From: an uncultured Chthonomonadaceae bacterium
Lineage (GTDB): Bacteria; Armatimonadota; Chthonomonadetes; Chthonomonadales; Chthonomonadaceae
Assembly: GCA_963835065.1 (NCBI GenBank)
Contig: CAWIEK010000011.1
Location: 96,001 to 160,000, forward strand
DNA length: 64,000 nt
Direction of reading: 5' to 3'
Under the pieces are notes generated by a model. The model was not told the origin of the DNA. It did no database searches and saw nothing but the letters and a program-made list of their open reading frames with translations. The position numbers were made by a program, and so were the translations under genes. Positions 10,151-20,872 of this stretch are shown here, one piece after another; position 1 is the stretch's first letter, and each line of letters begins with the position of its first letter.

Positions 10151-10234
10151 CCGTCGCCCTTCGGCTGTAGAAACGCATTGTTACCCATGAGCATTGCCCG
10201 TCGTGCCAATGCAGAAACAGAAAAGAGCAGAGTT

Positions 10235-11233
10235 ATGCTAAATATGGAGCCTTACGAAGTAGATATGTGGCCTTGCGTGGCGAAATTGTTGGCGCAATGG
10301 AAATACATGCCGTATGCGCAAAGTCGCTATGGAGTGGCGGCAGCGACATCGTTATGGTTGGAGCGGACGGAGAAGGTTCTTGGTAATTCATCCGCACAAG
10401 CGCTGGTGGCGATGGACGCGGACGCGCCCATTGGTTTGGGCGTCCTGACGCCGCTGCCCTGGGATGGCGAGCAGATCGGCATGGCGGCGGCGCGGCTGGA
10501 CTGCTTAATCGCAAGCGGCGATTATACGCGGCGGCATGACATTCTTGATATGCTGATTGCGCGACTGGTGACGGAAGCGGAGCGGCAGAACATTCGTCAT
10601 CTGAGCGCGCGCATTGACGCCGGCAACCTTGCCGCCACTCATGCTTTGGAACAAGCGGGTTTGCAGATGATGGACGGCTTGCTCACGTTTGCGCTGGATT
10701 TAACGACTGCGCCCCTACCGGAAAATGCCAACGCGCAGCCCGCACAGGAACGCTCATTCCACTTGCGGCTGGCGACGGCGGAAGATGCGGAACGGGCGGG
10801 GCAATTGGCCTACGGCGCGTATCAGCATGACCGCTTTCATGCCGACCCCGCTATTGCGCCGGAAAAGGCGGACGCGCTTCATGCCTGCTGGGTGCGCAAT
10901 GCGTGTCGCGGGCATGCGGCGGATGGGGTTATTCTGGCCGAAGAAGGAAACGAACTGCTCGGTTTTGTCACCTGCAAACTGCATCGGGACGCGCAGGCGC
11001 ATTTCGGCGCGGCAACGGGAACCATCGCGCTTGTCGCTGTCGCAGAAGCGGCGCGTGGCTTCGGCATAGGGCGGGCAATGACAATGGAAGCCCTGCGCTG
11101 GATGCGGGGGCAGGGCGTGGAACTGGCGGAAGTCGGCACACAGATAAGCAACATCAGCGCAAGCCGCCTGTATGAGCAATGCGGGTTTCGGCTGGCCGGC
11201 AGCAGCCTGACGTTTCACAAGCTGCTGATTTGA
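10235..11233 (+). CDS. GNAT acetyltransferase, WecD/RffC-like
   Basis: DRFHADP, ARGFGIG, VGTQISNISASRLYEQCGF; start uncertain. Confidence 0.75.
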   Translation: MLNMEPYEVDMWPCVAKLLAQWKYMPYAQSRYGVAAATSLWLERTEKVLGNSSAQALVAMDADAPIGLGVLTPLPWDGEQIGMAAARLDCLIASGDYTRRHDILDMLIARLVTEAERQNIRHLSARIDAGNLAATHALEQAGLQMMDGLLTFALDLTTAPLPENANAQPAQERSFHLRLATAEDAERAGQLAYGAYQHDRFHADPAIAPEKADALHACWVRNACRGHAADGVILAEEGNELLGFVTCKLHRDAQAHFGAATGTIALVAVAEAARGFGIGRAMTMEALRWMRGQGVELAEVGTQISNISASRLYEQCGFRLAGSSLTFHKLLI

Positions 11234-11388
11234 AAATAGCCGCGAATGAACACGAATAGGCGGTATGATTTTAGCCATAGTTGTGTCCTGCATAGTAAAG
11301 AACATTCCTGCAATATCTCTATGCGCGTTTTCTTAGCGTTCCTGGCGCGTATGCAGGAGAGCATGGGATGAATGGCTAATAGGCAGTC

Positions 11389-12015
11389 ATGCCATACGTG
11401 CCATTTAGAAAAAAGGATCAGGCGGCTTCTCCCTATGGCCGCGCCACCGATCAGGGCTTGATTGCCGCCTGCGTGGGGGGAGAGGCTGCCGCGTGGGACG
11501 AACTTATCCGTCGCTACGCCGCCCTGATTTACTCCACTTGCCTGCGTATGGGCGTTTCGCAGGCGGACACTGAAGACGTCTTCCAAAATGTCTGCCTGAT
11601 TCTGCTGAACCATCTGGCGGATTTACGCGATACGGCCAAACTTTCCGGCTGGTTGATTTCCACGACAAAGCGCGAGGCATGGCGCGTCCTGCGGCGGCAG
11701 GGCGCGACTCTGGCAACGGATATGGGCGAGGGCGCATGGGAAATGGAAAGCGCGGAAAGCGTTTACCAGACCCATGCAGGCGCGAACCCGGAGGCCGATG
11801 TAATAGCCCTGACAGAGCAGCAATTGATGCGCGAAGCCCTGAGCCGCCTGCCTGACCGCTGCCGCGATCTCCTCACCCTGCTGTACGTTACTGAAAATCC
11901 GCTCAGTTATCAGGAACTTTCCGCAAAGTTCTCCCTTCCGATTGGAAGCATCGGCCCGACCCGCGCCCGCTGCCTGCAAAATCTCCGCAAACTCCTTCAG
12001 GAACTTGGCTATTGA
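11389..12015 (+). CDS. ECF-type sigma-70 factor
   Basis: AWDELIRRY, EDVFQ, WLISTTKRE, LPDRCRDLL...SYQELS...PIGSIGPTRARCL. Confidence 0.92.
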   Translation: MPYVPFRKKDQAASPYGRATDQGLIAACVGGEAAAWDELIRRYAALIYSTCLRMGVSQADTEDVFQNVCLILLNHLADLRDTAKLSGWLISTTKREAWRVLRRQGATLATDMGEGAWEMESAESVYQTHAGANPEADVIALTEQQLMREALSRLPDRCRDLLTLLYVTENPLSYQELSAKFSLPIGSIGPTRARCLQNLRKLLQELGY

Positions 12016-12232
12016 TCCTCTTGTCGCTTTTCCTCCCAATCTCCGCTTGCATTTGTTCTCCTGTTCCCTTTATTCCGGCAGCGAAAAACTTTCTGCAAAA
12101 TTTTTGACAACATGTATTTTTCTGGATTTACTCGCCTCTATGGTATGTGCCGTATGTGCCGCAGAACGTGGAGCAAACAAGGAAACCCTTGTGGCAATGT
12201 CGTATTGAGGATTTGTTGGGCGGTGGAAGTTT

Positions 12233-12919
12233 TTGCTCAAGTTTTTACTACAGAAGTCAGGTGCGGATACAGACGAGGGGAGCGAACCGGTGAAGCGTTG
12301 CGGAATAGCCTTTGAAACGTTGGCGGACTACCACGAGGGAAAAGCGGAAGCAGGCGCAACAGCGCAAATCCGCGAACACCTCGACCGGGATTGCCCGCAT
12401 TGTCGGCAAAACCTCGCCTGGCTGGAGCGCGCGGAAGTTACGTTGCGGCAGGCGCAGCCCGTACAGGTTCCCGAAGCCGCGATGGAAAAGGCGCGCGCCC
12501 TGTTCCGCGAACAGTTCCGCCCCGCTGTTACGGCTTCCGCTCCCAATCCTGTTTTTGCCTGGCTGGCGAGTTTGCAGTTCGACAGCCGCAGCAGTACGCT
12601 TGCGCTGGCCGGGGCGCGCGGCGGGAAACGCGAAGGCGTTCAGCTTGTGTACAGCACCGAGGTTCACGACATTGATTTGTTTCAGGAGCCGAACGCGCAG
12701 GGAAGTTGGTATCTCATCGGGCAGGTGATGCCGCGCAATGGGGAAACGTCTATCGTGCCGAGCGAGATTGTTTTGACGGAGCAAAACGGCAGTCGGCTGA
12801 CGTTTACGCCCGAAGGCGAGGAGTTTCATCTGCCTGCCGTTCCCGAAGGAATTTATGAGATCGCGCTGCGCCTGGCTGAAGGACAAATCACGCTTCCGAA
12901 CGTCGGGGTCGGCCAATGA
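12233..12919 (+). CDS. Zinc-finger (HxxxxCxxC) anti-sigma-like protein with C-terminal beta-rich domain
   Basis: EHLDRDCPHC; FDS...GARG motif; C-terminus 'FHLPAVPEGIYEI'; no clear TM segment; start uncertain. Confidence 0.7.
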   Translation: MLKFLLQKSGADTDEGSEPVKRCGIAFETLADYHEGKAEAGATAQIREHLDRDCPHCRQNLAWLERAEVTLRQAQPVQVPEAAMEKARALFREQFRPAVTASAPNPVFAWLASLQFDSRSSTLALAGARGGKREGVQLVYSTEVHDIDLFQEPNAQGSWYLIGQVMPRNGETSIVPSEIVLTEQNGSRLTFTPEGEEFHLPAVPEGIYEIALRLAEGQITLPNVGVGQ

Positions 12920-15844
12920 GCGATGTCATGCCCTTAGAGGATTCGATGAATGGCGGCGTTTCGGTGGAATCGTTATGCGAACGCCTGCTTAATCTGCCTG
13001 AATCGGCAGAGCGCGACGCGCTGCTGCAAGAAGCCGCCGGACTGCCGGATTGCCTGCCGTATCTGCTGCAATCAGCGCGCGAGCGGATGAATGGCGACAC
13101 GACGGGAACGCTGCTGCGGGCGCGTCTTGCCGCCGCGCTTGCGGAACGGAGCGAGGATGGGACAGGCGGGGCGCAGGCATGGCGCGTAATTGGACAGGCT
13201 TTGCGCGTTCAGGGCGACCATACGAATGCGGTGACGGCGCTGGAAACGGCTGCTTCCTGTGCCATGCAGTCGGGTGACGCTCGGCTGGCCGCGCAGGTGC
13301 AGATTGGGCGTATTGACTCGCTGAACTGGCTTGGGCGCTACGACGACGCGGTTCTGCTGGCTCGGCGTCTGGAAACCGAACTGCGCGCGCATGGCGAGGA
13401 AACGGATGCCGCCAAAGTCCTCGTGAATTTAGGCGCGCTGCACTATCGGCGCGATCAGTACGCGCTTGCCCTGTCCTGCTACGAGCGCGCCCTGCAAACG
13501 CTGGAGCAAAGCGGCGAAGTGGTGGCTTGCGCCACCGTGCAGACCAACATCGCTGCCGCGCTGATGGAACTGCATCGCGTGGACGAGGCGATTGCGCTTT
13601 TTGAGCAGGCGCGCGCCACGTTCGCCGCGCATGAATTGCTCACGCCCGCCGCCAAAGTGGATGCCAATGTCGGCTTTCTGCACTATCTTTCGGGACGCTA
13701 CGCGCAGGCGATTGCCGCCCTGCTGCGGGCGCGCGAGGAGTTTACGGCGCGGGGGCAAACGCTGGAAGCGGCCAAGTGCGACGCGGATGTGGCCGAATCC
13801 TACCGGGAACTAAATCTGTATCCCGAAGCCAGCGAAGCGTATGCCCGCGCTTCCCGCGAACTGGAATCCTTCGGCGTCGGCTACGAGCGCGCCCGCGTTG
13901 AATTGGGCCGCGCCGCCGTATCCATCGCGCAGGAACAGTTTGCGGACGCGCTGGCAAGTCTGGAAACGGCGGATTCGCTGTTTGCCGCGCACCGCAACGT
14001 GACCCAACAGGCGCGCGTCCGCCTGCTCCGCGCCCGCCTGCTGCGACAGGAAGGACGCCATGACGAAGCCATACAGGAGGCAAAGCGCGCGGCGCGAACC
14101 CTGACGCGCAGCGGCCTGCGCGGTTGGGCGGCGGAAGCGCGCCTGCTGCTGGCGGAAATGGCGGGCGAGGAGGGGAACGACGCAGTTCGCTCCCTGCATA
14201 CGGTTCGGAACACGGCGCGGACAACGGCGCGCGGCTGGCTGGAAGCACAGGCGGAGCGCGCGCTTGGACGCCATTACCTGCGCAAAGGCAATGTGGGGCG
14301 CGGCCTGCGCCATTTGAAAGACAGCGTACAGGCGTTGGAGCAGGCGCGTACCCTGATTGCTCCCGAAGAGATGCACGTCTCGTTTTTGCGGGACAAACTG
14401 GCGATTTATGAGGAAACAGTGGGCGCGTTGCTGGCGCGCGGACGCAGGCAGGACATTGCGGATGCGCTGGAATACGTGGAGCGAGCAAAATCCCGTCTGC
14501 TCTTGGAACGGGTACAGGCCGCGCTGGACAGCCGCGCTCCTGCCGAGACCTACGCTGCCATCCCCAGCCCGCGAGCGATTGGCGACCCTACGCTCCGAAC
14601 TGAGCCGAAGTTATCAAAAGCTGAATGTTGTGGATGAAAGCGAAGCGCGGCGTATCGGCGCGGCAGGGATTGCGGAAACGTCTGCCCTCAACGCGCTGGA
14701 ACAGGAATATGCGGATGTGCTGCGCAAAGCAGAACGGACGTCTCACGCTGCTTCCGGCCTGTTCAGCCTGCCCGACGTGGTTCCCACACAAGATTTGTCC
14801 GACCGGCTGCAAAGTAACGAAGCCTTGTTGGTATACTACACCGTTGGCGGGATGGTTTGCGCGTGGATTGTCACGCGGCAGGAAGTGCATTTCCGCGCCA
14901 ACATCGCCGATCTGGAAGACGTCAGCCACGCCGCCCGCCGCCTGCGCTATCAATTGCAGCGCGTCGGGTGGGACGGTGAACTTTCGCAGCGACACGCGCT
15001 TCGGTTTCAGGCGGACGCGCAGGAAGTTCTCGCGCGGCTGTACGACCTGCTGCTGCGCCCTATCACCGATTTGCTCACGAGGGAACACCTGGTTGTCGTT
15101 CCCCATGCCGAATTGCACGGCCTGCCGTTTCATGCGTTTTTTGACGGCGCGCAGCCGGCGCTGGATCGCTGGGAAATCAGCTATGCGCCGAGCGCGGCTT
15201 TGTGGCACCGGGGCGCAATCCGGCAGCAGGCGGGCGGGGAAAGCGTCGCAAATTGGGCAGATGCGGAAGCTTTGCTTGTCAGCGTGCCGTCGCCCGGTAT
15301 CGCGCAGGTAACGCGGGAAGTGGCGGCGTTGGCGCATTTATTGCCCCATGCCTGCGTTCTGCATGGCGAAGCGGCCACGCTCCGGGCGGTGCAGGCGCGC
15401 GCCGGGAATTGCCGCCTGCTGCACCTGGCGACCCACGCTTTGTACCGCGCCGACAACCCTTTATTCTCCGGCTTGCAGTTGGCGGATGGCTGGCTGCTTG
15501 CGCGCGACCTGTACGCGATGCGCCTGCCCTGCGACCTGGCAACGCTGTCCGCCTGCCAAACCGGGGCGGCGCAGGTGGAATGTGGAGACGAGTTATTCGG
15601 ACTGGTGCGCGGGTTTCTGGCGGCGGGCGTCCGATCCGTAGCCGCGAGTTTATGGCCCGCCGACGATCAGGCGACGGCGGCCTTGATGCAGGAATTTTAT
15701 CCGCGTCTGTTGCAGGGGCAATCGAAAGCGGCGGCTTTGCGGGGCGCGCAGCAGGCGATGCGCCTTCGGTTCCCACACCCTTACCATTGGGCGGCCTTCG
15801 CGCTCATTGGCGAACGCGGCAACAGCGTTTCCGCGCCTGCCTGA
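12916..15844 (+). CDS. TPR-CHAT (caspase-like) protease, split by a frameshift near 14540-14580
   Basis: ORF 12916-14637 carries TPR repeats and ERAKSRLL; ORF 14357-15844 carries VPHAELHGLPF, LHLATH, LSACQTG, SLWPADD, HPYHWAAF. Confidence 0.85.
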
Positions 15845-15970
15845 CTATCGCTCAGGACATACGCAAACCGGCGCAGCAGGAAAACATACAAAAAGATACA
15901 CGGGTTAAAACCGCCGGAACAAAGGCGTCCGGCAGGGAACGCGCAGCAAGGAAAGATAGGAATAGCAATC

Positions 15971-17218
15971 ATGAAACAGGCTTCGATAACACAACATGCG
16001 AAAGGCAAGACTGTCCTGAAACTGCTGACCGCCGTATTTGCTTTGCTCACGATGTTCGGTGTGCGCGCCAAAGCGGACGACATCGTTGCCGGGCACGTTC
16101 TGGTACGGGTTGCGACCGGCGTAGACATTCGCGTTCTGGCGGCAAGTTACAATACCACCGCGCAGGATCAGGTTCCCGGAACCGACCTGTACAGTGTCGC
16201 CACGCCGCGCGGCACGAGTGAAACGCAGTTTGCCCAGAATTTGAGCAAGGACAAGCGCGTTCTGTATGCCGAGCCGGACCGTCTCATTATTTCCCCCGAA
16301 GTCGGCGGCAGTCCGTTTCATCTGGCGTTCGACTTCACGCCACAGCCGACTACGTATGTCAACTCCGTCAGCTATACGCAGGTGAATTTAGGGCAGGTGG
16401 ACGCGCTGCATCAGATCAACGGGAGCCGCCCATTAGCGACGGGCTACGGCGTTGTCGTGGCGGTGCTGGATACGGGCGCGACGTTCACGCACCCGGATTT
16501 GCAGGGGCACTACCTGGTCGGCTACAACGCGCTTGCGCCCGATACGCTTCCCCTGGACATCGCCGATGGCGCGACTAACGCGGAAGTGGGGCACGGCACG
16601 ATGGTTGCGGGCGTGATTGCCCGTCTCGCGCCCCAGGCCGCCATTCTGCCCATTCGCGTTCTCAACGGCGACGGCACCGGAACCCTGCTGAATTTGGTGA
16701 AAGGCATCCACTACGCGAACACGCACGGCGCGCGCATCATCAACATGAGTTTTGGCTGCTCGGTGAAATCCGGCGCGCTCAATGACGCCCTCGACGAGTC
16801 GGAACTGGCGGGCATCGTGCTGGTTGCCGCCGCGGGTAACAACAATCTCAATCAGGCGCTCCCGCCTACGGTCAGCCGGGGAACCATTGCCGTCGCCGCC
16901 GTCGAGGGGGACAACACGAAAAGCCCGTATTCCAATTATGGCTCCTTTGTGCGCGTGGTTGCGCCCGGAAGCAACATTCGCAGCACGTATGCGGATGGCG
17001 GGTACGCAACCTGGTCGGGAACGTCGTTCGCCGCGCCGTTCGTTGCCGCCGAAGCCGCGCTGATTCTGTCCGTATCCCCGTCTCTGACCGCCGATCAAGT
17101 AAAAGACTACATCCGCTCCACCGCCCGCTCGGTAGACAATCAAAACAAAGCCTACAAAGGGCAGCTTGGCAAGGGAATCATTGACATTGAATCCGCCGTG
17201 AAAGCGGCGCATCCCTAA
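15971..17218 (+). CDS. Secreted S8 subtilase
   Basis: Signal peptide; catalytic VAVLDTG, HGTMVAG, AAGN, SGTSFAAP. Confidence 0.92.
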   Translation: MKQASITQHAKGKTVLKLLTAVFALLTMFGVRAKADDIVAGHVLVRVATGVDIRVLAASYNTTAQDQVPGTDLYSVATPRGTSETQFAQNLSKDKRVLYAEPDRLIISPEVGGSPFHLAFDFTPQPTTYVNSVSYTQVNLGQVDALHQINGSRPLATGYGVVVAVLDTGATFTHPDLQGHYLVGYNALAPDTLPLDIADGATNAEVGHGTMVAGVIARLAPQAAILPIRVLNGDGTGTLLNLVKGIHYANTHGARIINMSFGCSVKSGALNDALDESELAGIVLVAAAGNNNLNQALPPTVSRGTIAVAAVEGDNTKSPYSNYGSFVRVVAPGSNIRSTYADGGYATWSGTSFAAPFVAAEAALILSVSPSLTADQVKDYIRSTARSVDNQNKAYKGQLGKGIIDIESAVKAAHP

Positions 17219-17245
17219 ACGCACTATGATACGGACTTTTCATCC

Positions 17246-17438
17246 CAATATCGTTCAAATAAGAGTTCGTAGGGGCGTGATTCATCACGCCCGCAACGTA
17301 CCGCATTCCGCAAAGGGCGCAACATATTGGAGGATGCAGGCGCAAGCATGGCAGAGGGCGTAAGCATGGCAGAGGGCGCAAGCATGGGAGGGCGCAATAA
17401 ATTGCGCCCCTACGAACTTTTCTTTGAACTTGTTTTGA
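17246..17438. mobile_element. REP-containing MITE-like element
   Basis: CAATATCGTTCAAATAAGAGTTCGTAGGGGC end; GTAG-type REP palindromes at both sides; internal 18-nt tandem GCAAGCATGGCAGAGGGC x~3. Confidence 0.7.
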
Positions 17439-17651
17439 GTAAAAGCCGGGCTGGTGAACAGTCCGGCTTTTGTTTTGCCGAATTTTGGCGCTTTACAGAA
17501 AAATATGTGGAAAAAGACCGCGAAAACTCTGCCTTGATGTATCAAAACCGGTTTGGCGTTCCTCTCCTGTCACGAAGAGCGCGCAGAACAAGATTAAGGT
17601 TCTGCAAGCCACACAGATTACTGTTCATTTCTCAGGAGGATTGATTTCGCT

Positions 17652-18473
17652 ATGAAAGTTGTTACCACCATTTCCGCGCTGATTGCATCCCTGTCTGCGT
17701 TTGCCGCGTTCAACGCCGCGCCCGTCCGCGCCGATGTGACGGATCGCCTGTATGACTTCACCGACGCCTACTACGCGCAGAACGGCATTAATCCCGCCAA
17801 ACTCGCGGGGCGCAAGCAGGCTCCGTCCGCCAACGCCGTGATTGACAAGCCCTTCTTTGCCTCGCAGCGCAATGTGCGCGTGATCGGCCTGGGCGGAACC
17901 TACACGGCCAACGGCTCCGTCGCCTACTTTGCGGTGATGGCGGGTTTCGGACCGGACGGCTTTACCAATGACGCAGCCGGGCAGCGCGCCCACCAGATCG
18001 CGGACACCTACATCGAATACATCTTCCCGCAGCGTAACGCCGATCCGATAGGACTCGCCAATGCGCGGCAGGCTACGGTACAGGATACCGATCACGGGTA
18101 TTTCAGCAACGATCCGCTCGGCCTGTGGCTGCACGTCTGGGTCAACTACACGGATGCCGCCTTCAGCACCAAAGACGGCCAGAAGGCGCTGTCCGATCTG
18201 GCAAAGAAGAACGGGCTGGCGCTGGACGGCACACCGATTATCAAGACGACGAGCGACATTCAGAACTTGAACAGCAAGGGTTTTGTCACCCTGCGCACCC
18301 GCAATGACGGCCTGCGCTACGCCGTCTGCCCCGAAATCCGAGACCCGCGCCGGGGCGGTATTTCCCCCGAGGCCTTCCTCAACACGGCACACAAGCCGGA
18401 CGGCTCGCCGCTCGATTTCGCCTTCACCGTCAACTTCGACAGTCTCAAAAACACAGGCGAATGGGCGCGGTAG
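17652..18473 (+). CDS. Secreted hypothetical protein
   Basis: AGGAGG RBS; signal peptide ending AAPVRA; coding-like codon usage. Confidence 0.75.
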   Translation: MKVVTTISALIASLSAFAAFNAAPVRADVTDRLYDFTDAYYAQNGINPAKLAGRKQAPSANAVIDKPFFASQRNVRVIGLGGTYTANGSVAYFAVMAGFGPDGFTNDAAGQRAHQIADTYIEYIFPQRNADPIGLANARQATVQDTDHGYFSNDPLGLWLHVWVNYTDAAFSTKDGQKALSDLAKKNGLALDGTPIIKTTSDIQNLNSKGFVTLRTRNDGLRYAVCPEIRDPRRGGISPEAFLNTAHKPDGSPLDFAFTVNFDSLKNTGEWAR

Positions 18474-18690
18474 TACACGGCGGCATAAATATGCCTGCAT
18501 AACCGGATTATAAAAATCCCGTTTGCAGGCATGCGACCAATCGTCCTAAAGACGAAAGAACTACCGGCGTATTTACGCCGTGATCTACTAAAAGGCTGGC
18601 GCATCGTCCTATTCAAAGTGCCCTGCGCAGACAGCGAAGGAGTAAAATTGTTGGCGGTTGAGTACAGCGCCTTGTTCGGCGGCGGGTACG

Positions 18691-19047
18691 TTATGCCTGA
18701 GGTTTGCGGATTCGCAAGACTCCGGGAGAAATAACCGTAAAAGCGTTTGGCATTTCTGCGCCATGTTCCTCCAGGACTTTGGATACGGTAGCGGCCTTCG
18801 TTAAAGACGCGAACCCCATAAGCCGGAGCAGAATGACGCCCCTATGCACCAGCCGCTGCCGGTAAACAAGTTCGCCAAAATCTTTATCTTCAGTGACAAG
18901 CAATGCGCTATGCTCGTTGGCTCGCTGCAAAACAACTTCATCGGTGATGCCCGGTTCCATTTCCGCCACGTACAAGACATTGTGACTGTCGCGCCGCAGC
19001 CTTTCCACAACTTGCCTGTCAACACCTTCATCTGCCAGTAAATTCAT
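18691..19047 (-). CDS. DUF5615 PIN-like toxin
   Basis: MNLLADEGV, TEDKDFGEL. Confidence 0.85.
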   Translation of the reverse strand: MNLLADEGVDRQVVERLRRDSHNVLYVAEMEPGITDEVVLQRANEHSALLVTEDKDFGELVYRQRLVHRGVILLRLMGFASLTKAATVSKVLEEHGAEMPNAFTVISPGVLRIRKPQA

Positions 19048-19292
19048 GCCGCTTGCTCAACCAGAGGGTAAATAACATCGGCCCGCAACGCTCGAGCGGC
19101 GAAGGCGACGGATGCCAGAACTGCCTGATGCGTGAGGCGCGGATGCGCCGCCACAATTTGTTCGGCTGTTTCGCCCGCGCCTAACCGCTCTAAAATAGAT
19201 TCAACTGTGATGCGCGTACCAACAATGACGGGCTTCCCCATCATAATGTGTGGGTCTGATTGAATCGGTGAAGTGTCCATGTTTGCCTCCAT
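19044..19292 (-). CDS. DUF433 antitoxin
   Basis: DPHIMMGKPVIVGTRITVESILERL; 4-nt overlap with the toxin gene. Confidence 0.9.
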   Translation of the reverse strand: MEANMDTSPIQSDPHIMMGKPVIVGTRITVESILERLGAGETAEQIVAAHPRLTHQAVLASVAFAARALRADVIYPLVEQAA

Positions 19293-19385
19293 ATCTCATT
19301 ATACCGCCTTTGGCGCTGTCGGTTCTTGCCAAATTGCACACCCTCTGCGAACGAGCCTGACAACGGCGGGCAATATCGCTTGCTT

Positions 19386-20507
19386 CTAAACAGGAGAAGC
19401 CGCGTGCGGCTTCTCTATTGCACCGGAGCGTTCAGCTACAGTCTGTGCGTTCTCTAGCGGTTTGACGATACAACGATCTATAACTCTTGGATCATCGGGG
19501 TTTTTTGGCACACGGACAATCGCGGCAAACTCTCTATCCCCTACAGGTCTGCCGTCCTTATCCTTGATGTTGTAAAGTTCCTCCCAACACTCGGCCAGGT
19601 ATTTCCCCGCTCCTTCTGTTCCATCTGCGCCAACGCCCGCGATGATGACCCAAGTTTTCTCATGAATATCACTCCCCGTCGGATGAAATTTGAGAATTAT
19701 GCCATAATCGTTTATGGTGTCGTCTTTGTACTCCCGCAACTCATTCACTGGCTTATACTTGGGACAGTCCCAATCCGGGTTTTTCAGTGTAAGATGCCCG
19801 CCTACAGGAGCATCATATTCCTTCTCGAAGAACTCTTCTGCTCCTCTTCTTAGACTAGAATCAGTGAAGTAGTTGGAGAATAGCCCGAACATTATCAGGT
19901 TGCTGTCTCGCCCTTTCATTTCTATGAGGTCAGTATCTGTCAGAATTTCAGGTGTTTCTTGTGACATCTCGCCTATTAAAGCAGCTACATAACCTAACGC
20001 CTTCAAATCCTGCAAAGCTGCCGTTTCCGTGTGGTCGAAACTCACATTCTTTAATGCTGAGTTAGGCCGTTCACGAACTTTTTGCGAACGAAAGAAAGGC
20101 AAACAGTTGTGAATCGAAAGCTGAAACAGGCCAGTTTGATGAAGTGGAACGGGTGTCCTACCAGGAGAAGGCATTTGAGACGTAGGGATGGTGGGCACAG
20201 GTACAAACTCCGGGAAGATAAGGCGAACCTTACCCGGCGCGAAACGCCCAAAGAACATCTGCCTGAACATCCGCCGCCTTTTGAACATGGGTACGAAATC
20301 GAGCAACAGAACTACCAACTCAAAGGTGGCAGCGGTGAGCAAAGCTATAAATATACTGTAGAAGGGTTGCTGAATCGGCTTGCAAAGTGACAATCCCACG
20401 CCGCCCAACACTGCCGCGCCAAGCAATGCAAAGAAGCGGCTCTTCCCAAACCGTGAGCGTTTTAAGTCTTCCAACAGTATCCGCAACTTCATTGCCATCC
20501 CTGCCAT
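19386..20507 (-). CDS. Hypothetical protein with two N-terminal TM helices, AT-richer than flanks
   Basis: 373-aa ORF; motifs NLIMFG, DYGII, IIAGVGADGTEGA. Confidence 0.65.
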   Translation of the reverse strand: MAGMAMKLRILLEDLKRSRFGKSRFFALLGAAVLGGVGLSLCKPIQQPFYSIFIALLTAATFELVVLLLDFVPMFKRRRMFRQMFFGRFAPGKVRLIFPEFVPVPTIPTSQMPSPGRTPVPLHQTGLFQLSIHNCLPFFRSQKVRERPNSALKNVSFDHTETAALQDLKALGYVAALIGEMSQETPEILTDTDLIEMKGRDSNLIMFGLFSNYFTDSSLRRGAEEFFEKEYDAPVGGHLTLKNPDWDCPKYKPVNELREYKDDTINDYGIILKFHPTGSDIHEKTWVIIAGVGADGTEGAGKYLAECWEELYNIKDKDGRPVGDREFAAIVRVPKNPDDPRVIDRCIVKPLENAQTVAERSGAIEKPHAASPV

Positions 20508-20872
20508 TCACAAAAGTAAGAGTGTGTTCTAATACGCGACATGTTGCATTGTAGCTGAACTAAGAATTTTGCCGCACCTGTGCAGCAAAACCCCAATTCC
20601 GCCTGCAAAAAAGCGCAAAATTGTAGTCTTTACCTGAAATTGCGTCTTGCGACGTAACAGGCCATGTTTTGCGGCAAAAGCCGTATTTTAGACATGTACG
20701 CGCTAATATCTCTCTTATTTTAACATAAAGGTTACGTAGTGTCAATATCTACCCTTGAGACAAATTACGCCTTCGTTCGTGATGTTATGTATTCCCAACT
20801 CCTCTGTTTCGGCATAGAGTAAACGCATTTTGGCATCATTCGCTTTACGTCAAGTTCTACAGGAGTACATGA

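Noticed and set aside
17327..17644. ORF MEDAGASMAEGVSMAEG...
   Set aside because: Derived from the 18-nt tandem repeat inside the REP/MITE element
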